Source of the DNA: Lysobacterales bacterium | GTDB lineage: Bacteria > Pseudomonadota > Gammaproteobacteria > Xanthomonadales > Ahniellaceae | NCBI GenBank assembly: GCA_017997455.1 | Contig: JAGOEZ010000001.1 | Coordinates: forward strand, 1,980-53,058 | Length of the DNA stretch: 51,079 nt | Reading direction: 5' to 3' | Shown: one piece after another, positions 42,440 to 50,167 of the stretch | Layout: the number at the start of each line of letters is the position of its first letter | Position numbering within the stretch: the first letter of the stretch is position 1 | The notes under the pieces: model-generated | What the model was told of the DNA's origin: nothing | The model's input: the letters and a program-made list of their open reading frames with translations, nothing else | Databases searched by the model: none | Program-made: the position numbers and the translations under genes

Positions 42440-42507
42440 TTGCCCTGCAGGAGCGCGCTCTGCGCGCGATAGGCCTGTCGCGCGCAGAGCGCGCTCCTGC
42501 AGGGCAA
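42440..42507. repeat. REP inverted pair, CTGCAGG-type variant (TTGCCCTGCAGGAGCGCGCTCTGCGCGCGA ... TCGCGCGCAGAGCGCGCTCCTGCAGGGCAA)
   Basis: Perfect ~29-nt arms around a ~10-nt spacer were read directly. It lies between the 3' end of the TPM gene and the riboswitch 5' end. Confidence 0.85.
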
Positions 42508-42519
42508 GGACGTTGCGGG

Positions 42520-43020
42520 TCAAAGGACGATCGGGCGATCGGGCAACTCTCGGGGATTGTCGGTGGTGGCGGGGAAATGCGTGCGCAGCAGCGCGTGCAG
42601 GGCGTTCACCGCGGCCACCACGCCATCGGCGGGCGCATCGCGGCGGAATCCGTCGGCCACCAGCCCGCCCACGCGCTGCCAGTCGGACGTGTCGACGCGG
42701 GCGTGGATGCCGCGATCGGCCACCAGTTCGATGCGATGCTCGGCCAGCAGCACGTACACCAGCACGCCCGTGTTGGCCTGCGTGTCCCAGACGCGCAGTT
42801 GCGCGAAGGCGTCGAGCGCCCGCCCGCGCGCATCGACGCCCTGCAGCACCTCGAAGGGCGACAGCCGCGACTCCACCGCGAACACGATCTCGCCGGCATG
42901 CGTGCGCTCGCCGTCTTCGATCGCCTGCTGGATGCGGATCAGCGTCGCCGGATCGAACTGGCGGCGCAGCGCGCCCCGGGCGCGGAACAGGTTGGCGACG
43001 ATCCGGCTGGCGACGCCCAT
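42520..43020 (-). CDS. TPM-domain protein (third gene of the lemA-TPM-TPM cluster)
   Basis: Track ORF 42520..43173; I prefer ATG 43020, which lies 1 nt after the upstream stop. ERTHAGEIVFAVESRL, NTGVLVYVLLAEHRIELVADRGI. The gene order is typical of LemA operons. Confidence 0.7.
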   Translation of the reverse strand: MGVASRIVANLFRARGALRRQFDPATLIRIQQAIEDGERTHAGEIVFAVESRLSPFEVLQGVDARGRALDAFAQLRVWDTQANTGVLVYVLLAEHRIELVADRGIHARVDTSDWQRVGGLVADGFRRDAPADGVVAAVNALHALLRTHFPATTDNPRELPDRPIVL

Positions 43021-43021
43021 C

Positions 43022-43933
43022 TCACCAGCTCCCCGAGGCGCCACCGCCACCGAAGCCACCGCCACCGCCCGACCAGCCGCCACTGCCGCTGGAGCGGCCG
43101 CCGCTCGAACCGCCGCCGCCGAAACCGCCGCCGCCGAATCCGCCGCCACCGCCCCACCCCCCGCGGCGCACATAGCGGCCGCTGCCGGCGGGCATCAGCG
43201 CCACGACCGCGGCCAGGATGGCCGGCAATGCCAAGCCCAGCAACGTGGCTACCAGCACGAAACCGAGGCCGCCGGCCAGGCCACCGGCGAGCAGGGAGCG
43301 CAAGGCCGCAGGCCGCCGGCGCAGGCTGGAGAACACGGCGCCGATCACGAAGGCCAGGACCAGCGCCATCGGCAAGCGCTCGCGGCCATCGCGCGCGGCT
43401 TCCAGCGGCGCCGGCAGCGCTTCGCCCTCGATCAGCTTGACCAGGACATCGGTCGCGTCGGACAAGCCGGCGTAGTAGTCCCCGGCGCGAAACTGCGGCG
43501 TGATGTACTCGCGGATCACGCGGCTCGCCACGGCGTCGGGGATCGCGCCCTCGAGGCCGTACCCGACCTCGATCCGCACCTTGCGGTCATCCTTGGCGAC
43601 CAGCAGCAGCACGCCGTCGTCGACCTGGCCGCCGCGGCCGATGCGATTGCGCTCGGCGACCTCGAGCGCGTACTGCTCGATCGATTGCGGCTGCGTGCTG
43701 GCCACCACCAGCACCACCAGCTGGCTGCCCTTGCGCTGCTCGAGCGCGGCGAGCCTGGCTTCCAGCTGCGCGAGCTGGCTCGCGTCGAGCGTCCCGGTCT
43801 GGTCGGTGGCCCGCGCGCGCAGCGCCGGCGTCTCCGCGCCCTGCACGGCCGCGACCGGCGCCAGCAGGCACAGCCAAGCGACCCAGAGTAGTCGTGGCAG
43901 CACCGCCCGCGCCTGGCGCGCGATGGGCAGCAC
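43022..43933 (-). CDS. TPM-domain membrane protein YgcG-like with a Gly-rich C-terminal tail
   Basis: 303 aa with a GTG start and a signal peptide. TDQTGTLDASQLAQLEARL, QLVVLVVAST, VLLLVAKDDRKVRIEVGYGLEGAIPD, TM segments, then GGWGGGGGFGGGGFGGGG... Confidence 0.8.
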   Translation of the reverse strand: MLPIARQARAVLPRLLWVAWLCLLAPVAAVQGAETPALRARATDQTGTLDASQLAQLEARLAALEQRKGSQLVVLVVASTQPQSIEQYALEVAERNRIGRGGQVDDGVLLLVAKDDRKVRIEVGYGLEGAIPDAVASRVIREYITPQFRAGDYYAGLSDATDVLVKLIEGEALPAPLEAARDGRERLPMALVLAFVIGAVFSSLRRRPAALRSLLAGGLAGGLGFVLVATLLGLALPAILAAVVALMPAGSGRYVRRGGWGGGGGFGGGGFGGGGSSGGRSSGSGGWSGGGGGFGGGGASGSW

Positions 43934-43942
43934 CGGGCGGCC

Positions 43943-44608
43943 TCAGCCCGCGGGTGGCGTCGCCGGCGCTTCCGGCTGCGGCTCGGGCGCCGCAGTGGGC
44001 GCGGGCTGGGCCGGCGCGGGCGCGACCGTGAAGTCCACCGTGGGTGCGCGCGAGATCGCGGCCTCGTTCTCGACCGCGAAGTTGGGCTTCACGTCGTGGC
44101 CGAACACCATCGCGGTGAGGTTGACCGGGAAGCGCCGGACCAGCGTGTTGTAGGCCTGCACGTCCTCGATGTAGCGGTTGCGGGCCACGGCGACGCGGTT
44201 CTCGGTGCCCTCGAGTTGCGCCTGCAGGTCGCGGAAGTTCTGGTCGGACTTGAGCTGCGGGTAGTTCTCGCTCACGACCAGCAGGCGCGAGAGCGCGCCC
44301 GAGAGCTCGCCCTGGGCGGCCTGGAATTTCCTCAGCGCCTCGGGGTCGTTGGCCATCTCCGGCGTCATCTGGATGGCGCCGACCCGCGCCCGGGCATTGG
44401 TGACCTCGGTCAGCACGCGCTCTTCCTGCGCCGCGTAGCCCTTCACGGTGTTGACCAGGTTCGGGATCAGGTCTGCGCGGCGCTGGTACTGGTTGACCAC
44501 TTCGGACCAGCCGGCCTTGACCTTTTCGTCCTGCTCCTGGATGCGGTTGTAGCCGCATGCGCCGAGCAGCAGCGGAGCCAGCAACAGCACGAAGACGCGC
44601 AGGCGCAT
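43943..44608 (-). CDS. lemA: LemA-family lipoprotein/membrane protein
   Basis: Track ORF 43943..44665; I prefer ATG 44608, preceded by GGAGG. Lipobox LLLGAC. YNRIQEQDEKVKAGWSEVVNQYQRRADLIPNLV, ENYPQLKSDQNF and RNRYIEDVQAYN. Confidence 0.9.
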   Translation of the reverse strand: MRLRVFVLLLAPLLLGACGYNRIQEQDEKVKAGWSEVVNQYQRRADLIPNLVNTVKGYAAQEERVLTEVTNARARVGAIQMTPEMANDPEALRKFQAAQGELSGALSRLLVVSENYPQLKSDQNFRDLQAQLEGTENRVAVARNRYIEDVQAYNTLVRRFPVNLTAMVFGHDVKPNFAVENEAAISRAPTVDFTVAPAPAQPAPTAAPEPQPEAPATPPAG

Positions 44609-44689
44609 GGGGAGCCTCCAACGAACCGGAAACGACATTGCAGCACCCTTGCCCATGGCGCGCAATCGCGCCGCGGCCGGCGCCCGTGG

Positions 44690-45466
44690 TTACAGCTCGC
44701 GCGCCTCGCCGTCGGCAGCCGGCACGTCCTCGCGCGAGATGCGCTGCGCCATCTTCCGCGCCCGGCGCGTGCGCGCCAGCATGTTGAGCCCTTCCACGCC
44801 GCCCGAGAAGGCCATGGCGAAATAGAGATAGGCACGCGGGATATGGAACGCCAGGCCGTCGGCGATCAGCGCCATGCCGACCAGGATCAGGAACGACAGC
44901 GCCAGCATCTTGATCGTCGGATGGCGGTCGATGAACTCGCCGATCGGATTCGAGGCGATCAGCATCACCCCCACCGCGATCAGGATCGCCGCGACCATGA
45001 CCGGGATCTGGTCGACCAGGCCGACCGCCGTGATGACCGAATCGAGCGAGAACACGATGTCGATGATCGCGATCTGCGCGATCACCACGCCGAAGCGCTG
45101 CGAGGCCCTGCCGGTGACGCCGCCGTCGTCGCCCGCCTCGACCGACTCGTGGATCTCCATCGTGCCCTTGATCAGCAGGAACAGGCCGCCGCCGATCAGG
45201 ACCAGGTCGCGGATCGAGATCTCGTTGCCGTAGAGCGTGAACAGCGGGGCGCCCATCCGGGCCAGCCACACGAGGCTGAGCAGCAGCAGGATCCGGGTGA
45301 CGCAGGCGAGCGCGAGCCCGAAGCGGCGCGCCGACGAGCGCCGCTCCGGCGGCAACCGGCTGACCGCGATCGAAATGAAGACGAGGTTGTCCACGCCGAG
45401 CACGATCTCGAGCGTGGTCAGGGTCAGCAGCGCGACCCAGATCTGCGAATCGAACACCCAATCCAA
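44690..45466 (-). CDS. terC: TerC-family integral membrane protein
   Basis: Track ORF 44690..45556. The conserved N-terminus (L)DWVFDSQIWVALLTLTTLEIVLGVDNLVFISI begins at TTG 45466; the ATG at 45556 would add 30 non-conserved residues abutting the dgkA stop codon (45557). The second GVDN-like repeat is DIVFSLDSVITAVG. Confidence 0.8.
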   Translation of the reverse strand: MDWVFDSQIWVALLTLTTLEIVLGVDNLVFISIAVSRLPPERRSSARRFGLALACVTRILLLLSLVWLARMGAPLFTLYGNEISIRDLVLIGGGLFLLIKGTMEIHESVEAGDDGGVTGRASQRFGVVIAQIAIIDIVFSLDSVITAVGLVDQIPVMVAAILIAVGVMLIASNPIGEFIDRHPTIKMLALSFLILVGMALIADGLAFHIPRAYLYFAMAFSGGVEGLNMLARTRRARKMAQRISREDVPAADGEAREL

Positions 45467-45556
45467 GAGTGATCCCTCAGCGTGCGTCGCGTGGCCCGGG
45501 TCCGATGGATATCGGGGCGCCGGCCGTCGGCTTCCACGCCGTCCGCGGGCAAACAT

Positions 45557-45940
45557 TCATGACAGGCGTGGCCACAATACCAGCGCCCAGCACAACACCA
45601 CGTTGAGCATCAGCACGAAGACCGCGGCCGACCCCATGTCCTTGGCGCGCCCGGCGAACTCGTGGAATTCCGGGCTGACCTTGTCGACGATGGCTTCCAG
45701 GGCGGAGTTCAGCAGCTCCGCCGACAGCACCAGCAACAGGCAGCCGACCAGCAGGGCGCGCTCGAGCGGGTTGTCGCCCAGCCACAGGCCCAGCGGCCCC
45801 AGCACCAGCACCAGGTAGACCTCGAGCCGGAACGAACTCTCGACCCGGAACGCCGTGGCCAGGCCCTTGATCGACCACATCATCGCCCGCCACACGCCCT
45901 GCGGCCCGCGTGGCACCAGCGTCTGCCTGCCGTCCGCCAT
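45557..45940 (-). CDS. dgkA: Diacylglycerol kinase DgkA (small trimeric membrane kinase)
   Basis: This is the tail of track ORF 45557..46309, from ATG 45940. SIKGLATAFRVESSFRLE, SAELLNSALEAIVDKVSPEFHEFAGRAKDMGSAAV closely parallels E. coli DgkA. Confidence 0.9.
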   Translation of the reverse strand: MADGRQTLVPRGPQGVWRAMMWSIKGLATAFRVESSFRLEVYLVLVLGPLGLWLGDNPLERALLVGCLLLVLSAELLNSALEAIVDKVSPEFHEFAGRAKDMGSAAVFVLMLNVVLCWALVLWPRLS

Positions 45941-46132
45941 CTGGCTGGATCCTGCCTGCGGCCCACGGCTCGCGCCGCATCGAGGCGGCAAGGTTAAGCG
46001 GAAACGCGGCGTCCGGACAAACCGCCGCCCGTCCCGGCACGCAGGCATGACCTCCGGGGTATTGAAAGGCCGCTTCCGCATCGCAATACGATGCCTATCC
46101 GCGGCGAGGACCGCGTGGCATGGGGACTGGCG

Positions 46133-46768
46133 ATGTTCGATCCTGAACGCCTCTTGGGCCAGATGATCGGGGGCGCCCTGGGCGGAGCCTTCGGTGGCCG
46201 GCGCGGGCGCCGCAATTCGGCATTCCGCACCGGCGACCTCGCCGGCAAGGCGCAGCTCGGCATCGGCCTGCTGGGCATCGCCATGGCGGCGTGGGAGCAC
46301 TACCAGCAACCGCGGGCGCCGGCCGCAACGCCTGGCGCCGCGGGGTCCGCGACGCCGCCGCCCGCGCCGGCCAGCGGACCGTTGCGTCCGCCACCGCCGC
46401 CGGCGGCCAATCCCGATCGCACGCGCGACATGGCGCTGCTGGTCCAGGCGATGGTCGCCGCTGCTGCCGCCGATGGCGCGATCGACGCGCAGGAGCGCGA
46501 GCGCATCCTCGCGCGCGCGACCGCGTCGGGACTCGACTCCGACTCGCAGGCCTTCCTCGAACGCGAACTGGCGGCGCCCCGCTCGCTGGAGCAGGTCGTG
46601 GCCGCTGCGCGTCCCGCGCTGGCGCCGGACATCTACGCCGCATCGCTGATCGCGATCAGCGCCGATACCGAAGCGGAACGTGCCTACCTCGACCGCCTGG
46701 CGCAGGCCCTGTCACTTCCAACCGAAACGCGCGCCGCCATCCACCAGCAACTCGGCCAGCCCTTGTAG
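46133..46768 (+). CDS. DUF533 (YebE-like, TerB-fold) protein
   Basis: Track ORF 46091..46768; I prefer ATG 46133 (MFDPERLLGQMIGGALGGAFGG). A Pro/Ala-rich linker is followed by LLVQAMVAAAAADGAIDAQERERI and YAASLIAI..DTEAERAYLDRLAQAL. The TAG stop lies inside the REP GTAG. Confidence 0.7.
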   Translation: MFDPERLLGQMIGGALGGAFGGRRGRRNSAFRTGDLAGKAQLGIGLLGIAMAAWEHYQQPRAPAATPGAAGSATPPPAPASGPLRPPPPPAANPDRTRDMALLVQAMVAAAAADGAIDAQERERILARATASGLDSDSQAFLERELAAPRSLEQVVAAARPALAPDIYAASLIAISADTEAERAYLDRLAQALSLPTETRAAIHQQLGQPL

Positions 46769-46850
46769 GAGCGCATCTCATGCGCGACCGCAGTCCCGCA
46801 CCCCGCGGATGCGTGGGGTTCCGCGGTCGCGCATGAGATGCGCTCCTACA
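46764..46850. repeat. REP inverted pair, family A
   Basis: TGTAGGAGCGCATCTCATGCGCGACCGCAG ... CCGCGGTCGCGCATGAGATGCGCTCCTACA was read directly. Confidence 0.9.
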
Positions 46851-46884
46851 TGAGGGCGAGCGTTCGCACTTCCGGAGAACTGCC

Positions 46885-47886
46885 ATGCACCAGTGGTACC
46901 TGAGTTATGACGGCCAGAGCATCGGCCCCCTGGACCTGGCCGCGGCGATCGCGAAGGTCAGGCAGGATCGCAACGGCCATTGCTGGCGCGCCGGCTTCGC
47001 CGAGTGGATCCCGATCGCGAGCTGCGCCGAACTCACGGCCGAGTCGCTGCCGGCCGCGCAGGCACCGCCGCCGACCGCACTGCGCGGCACCGACACGGTG
47101 GACTACACGATCCACGGCGAGGACATGCAGTTCATCGAGATCGGGCTCGATCCGGGCGAAAGCGTCGTGGCCGAGGCCGGCGCCATGATGTACAAGGACG
47201 CGACCGTGCAGATGGAGACCGTGTTCGGCGACGGCTCGCACGCCGGCCAGGGCGGCAGCTTCGTCGACAAGCTGGTCTCGGCCGGCAAGCGCGTGATCAC
47301 CGGCGAGACCCTGTTCACCACCGTGTTCAGCAACGCCGGCAGCGGCAAGGCGCGGGCGGCGTTCGCGGCGCCCTACCCCGGCACCATCATCCCGCTCACG
47401 CTGGCCAACTTCGGCCAGCGCCTGATCTGCCAGAAGGACAGCTTCCTGTGCGCCGCGCGCGGCGTCTCGCTGGACCTGTACTTCCAGAAGAAGATCATGA
47501 CCGCGCTGTTCGGCGGCGAGGGCTTCATCATGCAGAAGCTCGAGGGCGACGGGCAGGTGTTCATCCATGCCGGCGGCACGGTAGTCGAGCGCGAACTCGC
47601 GGCCGGCGAGGTGCTGCACGTGGACACCGGCTGCGTGGTCGCGTTCACCCAGACGGTGGGCTTCGACATCAAGTCGGTGGGCGGGGTCAAGAGCATCCTG
47701 TTCGGCGGCGAGGGGGTGTTCTTCGCCGAGATCCGCGGCCCGGGCCATGTGTGGCTGCAGTCGCTGCCCTTCTCGCGCCTCGCCGGCCGCATGCATGCCG
47801 CGGCCTGGCAGCGCGGCGGAAGCCGCGACGAGGGCTCGGTGCTGGGTGGCCTCGGTGGAATCCTCTCGGGCGACCGCCGCTTCTAG
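46885..47886 (+). CDS. GYF_2 (DUF4339)-like N-terminal domain fused to a TIGR00266/DUF124 (AIM24-like) domain
   Basis: 333 aa. The N-terminus WYLSYDGQSIGPLDLAA..CWRAGFAEWIPI resembles a GYF_2 domain. The body has DYTIHGEDMQFIEIGLDPGESVVAEAGAMMY and LFGGEGFIMQKLEGDGQVFIHAGG...FGGEGVFFAEIRGPGHVWLQSLP. Confidence 0.75.
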   Translation: MHQWYLSYDGQSIGPLDLAAAIAKVRQDRNGHCWRAGFAEWIPIASCAELTAESLPAAQAPPPTALRGTDTVDYTIHGEDMQFIEIGLDPGESVVAEAGAMMYKDATVQMETVFGDGSHAGQGGSFVDKLVSAGKRVITGETLFTTVFSNAGSGKARAAFAAPYPGTIIPLTLANFGQRLICQKDSFLCAARGVSLDLYFQKKIMTALFGGEGFIMQKLEGDGQVFIHAGGTVVERELAAGEVLHVDTGCVVAFTQTVGFDIKSVGGVKSILFGGEGVFFAEIRGPGHVWLQSLPFSRLAGRMHAAAWQRGGSRDEGSVLGGLGGILSGDRRF

Positions 47887-47934
47887 CGCGCTGCGGCAGG
47901 CCCATCGGCTACGGTCTCGCCATCCGTCGCGCCG

Positions 47935-48014
47935 GGTCGCGGCTGAAGCCGCTCCTGCAGGGCCAGCGTGCAGCGCTGGGCGCTGGCCCTGCAGGAGCGG
48001 CTTCAGCCGCGACC
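47935..48014. repeat. REP inverted pair, family B, opposite polarity (GCGAC ends outward, CTGCAGG ends inward)
   Basis: GGTCGCGGCTGAAGCCGCTCCTGCAGGGCCAGCG - spacer - CGCTGGCCCTGCAGGAGCGGCTTCAGCCGCGACC. It lies between the convergent 3' ends at 47886 and 48031. Confidence 0.85.
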
Positions 48015-48030
48015 GCGCGCGATCAATCGC

Positions 48031-49587
48031 CTAGACCGCTTGCGCCGGCACCGACACTTGCGCATCCAGCGGCGGCCGTGGCGGCGGACCATCGATCCGC
48101 GCCCGCAGGTGTTCGAGCAAGACCCGCGCATCGGCCTCGGCAAGATACGGGATGCGGAAGCGCGATGCGGCGGCCGCCGCACCCGCGGTATCGATCGAAA
48201 CGCTGGCCATGCCCGCGCGCCGGTCGAAGGGCGAAGCCGACAGCGACAGGGACTGGCCCTTCTCGATCCGCGCCACCAGCCACTGGCGCGACAGCCAGCC
48301 CGAGCGGTACGCGACGACCTCGTCGTCGATGGCATAGGCGCCGAAGCGCGCCTCGCCGCGCGCCTCGAAGGCGCTGTAGACCAGCACCCCCAGCCACGGC
48401 AGCAGCAGCATCGGCCCGAAGGCCAGTGTCAGGGCCGCGAATGGCACGCTCCATGCCAGCGCGGCCATGCGCAGCCGGCGCCAGAAGGTTCGCGGATGCA
48501 GGGGCCGCCACGCCAGGTCCTCCGGATCCAGGCCCGGCGCGAGTTCGCGCGCAATGCGGCGTACCTCGGCCGGGGTCCCGATCGGGACCAGCCAGCGCAG
48601 ACGCCCGCCCTCGGCTTCGTTCACCGCGGCCTGGCCGCCCGCGACCTCGCATGACAACCAGCGCCTTCCCATGCGCCGCGCCAGCCAGGATTCCCCGTAG
48701 AGCAGGCGCTGGACCTTCTCGCGCCGCGCGCTGGCGGCGTGGCGGGTGATGAGTCCGCCCTCGGTGCGCACGCGCTCGCCATGCCGGCGCAACTGGAAGC
48801 CGTGGAAGCTCAGGAACGCCATCGCCACCGACAGCAGCTTGAGCAGCAGCACGAAGAACACCAGCGCGACGGCCAGCGTCGCGACGCGCGCAGCGGTGCC
48901 GGCGATCGCGTGCGACCAGCTCTCGAACATCCCGTAGACGCCGCGGAACAGGCCACGCAGGGCGCCGCGTTCGCTGGGCGCCATCTGGTAGTAGAGCGCG
49001 AACAGCGCGCCGATCACCACCATGCCGCGATTGGTCACCAGGCCCAGGCGCACGATCTCGCCGCTGCCCAGTTCCAGTAGCGGCGGCTCCTCGGCCACGG
49101 TCGCATCCGCGTCGCCGGTACCGCCGTGTCCGCGCAGGATCGCTTCGAGCCGGTCCGCCTCGGGCAGGCGGATCACGCTCATCACCGCCTCGGGCCTGGC
49201 GCCGCCGGCCGATTCCAGGCGCAATTCGGTGACGTCGAACAGGCGGTGCAGGAGGTTGCGCTTGCGCACCATGTTCTGGATGCGCGCGAACGGGATATGG
49301 CGCTCGGTGCGGTTGAGGATGCCTTCGCGCACCACCAGCTCACCGGCGCCGATGCGGTAGCGGAAGCCGAAGCTGTAGATGAGCGAGTAAAGAGCCAGGG
49401 CGCCGGCGCCGACCAGCGCGAACAGCTCCCACCACTCGCCGCGGCCGAAGAACAGCAGGAACACCAGCGGCAGCGCCACCTGGCGCAACTGCGTGAGCAG
49501 CACGAACATCCAAGAGAAGGGATGCAGGCGGCCCTCGAACGCGACCGGCGGCGGCGTGGCGCCGGGTTCAGAGGGCGTCGTGGCCAT
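48031..49587 (-). CDS. YdbT-like membrane protein with three bacterial PH (bPH_2/DUF304) domains
   Basis: 518 aa. It has repeated units of a TM hairpin followed by a ..R.IPFARIQN...R....RLF... motif: RTERHIPFARIQNMVRKRNLLHRLF, ITRHAASARREKVQRLLYGESWLARRMG, and a third with LVARIEKGQSLSLSASPFDRRAGMASV. Confidence 0.75.
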   Translation of the reverse strand: MATTPSEPGATPPPVAFEGRLHPFSWMFVLLTQLRQVALPLVFLLFFGRGEWWELFALVGAGALALYSLIYSFGFRYRIGAGELVVREGILNRTERHIPFARIQNMVRKRNLLHRLFDVTELRLESAGGARPEAVMSVIRLPEADRLEAILRGHGGTGDADATVAEEPPLLELGSGEIVRLGLVTNRGMVVIGALFALYYQMAPSERGALRGLFRGVYGMFESWSHAIAGTAARVATLAVALVFFVLLLKLLSVAMAFLSFHGFQLRRHGERVRTEGGLITRHAASARREKVQRLLYGESWLARRMGRRWLSCEVAGGQAAVNEAEGGRLRWLVPIGTPAEVRRIARELAPGLDPEDLAWRPLHPRTFWRRLRMAALAWSVPFAALTLAFGPMLLLPWLGVLVYSAFEARGEARFGAYAIDDEVVAYRSGWLSRQWLVARIEKGQSLSLSASPFDRRAGMASVSIDTAGAAAAASRFRIPYLAEADARVLLEHLRARIDGPPPRPPLDAQVSVPAQAV

Positions 49588-50095
49588 CGCGTCCCAGCAG
49601 CAGGTCGCGCAGCGCCAGCGCGTCGGCGTGCGGCAGGCCCTCGACCTGGATCTCGGCCTGCTGCGTGCCCGCGGTATGGACCTTGAGCGTCGCCATACCG
49701 TAGTGGCGCGCGAGCGGGCCCTGGGTGACGTCGGTGTGCTGGATGCGCACCCGCGGCACGAAGGTCTCGACCTGCCACCAGACCCCGCGCCGGAGGCGCA
49801 GCCCGTCGGGCAGCAGCGCGCAATAGAAGCGCTGCAGCGCGCGGCGGTGGTACTGGATCGACAGGCGCAGGACCAGCGTGCCGACCAGGATCGAGAGCAG
49901 CGCCAGCAGCCAGCGGCCCGAGACGAGTCCGGCGATCACGCCCGGCAGGCTGACCACCACCGCGACCACCAGCCACTGCCAGAACCACAGTTCGCCGACG
50001 CGCGGATGCAGGCCGAACTCGCGCACGCTGTCGGATTCGACGCCGGGCAGCAGGCCGGCCGCGGGCGCGGCCGTCGCCACGATGGGATCGTTCAT
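49568..50095 (-). CDS. YdbS-like membrane protein with a single bPH_2 domain
   Basis: 175 aa. A TM hairpin is followed by LRLRRGVWWQVETFVPRVRIQHTDVTQGPLARHYGMATLKVHTAG. It overlaps the downstream ydbT-like gene by 20 nt. Confidence 0.7.
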   Translation of the reverse strand: MNDPIVATAAPAAGLLPGVESDSVREFGLHPRVGELWFWQWLVVAVVVSLPGVIAGLVSGRWLLALLSILVGTLVLRLSIQYHRRALQRFYCALLPDGLRLRRGVWWQVETFVPRVRIQHTDVTQGPLARHYGMATLKVHTAGTQQAEIQVEGLPHADALALRDLLLGRDGHDAL

Positions 50096-50167
50096 GTGGC
50101 GGGCAGGTTAGCCGATGCCGGGCGCGCGCTCACCTGCCCTTGGTCACGCGCGGGCGACGCCACGCCT

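Noticed and set aside
43022-43160. GGC/GCC-rich reiterated DNA considered as a possible tandem repeat or contingency locus.
   Set aside because: It is an imperfect low-complexity sequence encoding the Gly-rich tail typical of YgcG-like TPM proteins, not a unit-length tandem repeat.
45467-45556. yybP-ykoY (Mn) riboswitch upstream of the TerC-family gene.
   Set aside because: The leader is at most 90 nt and lacks the conserved GGGGAGUAG-type core. It abuts the dgkA stop codon.
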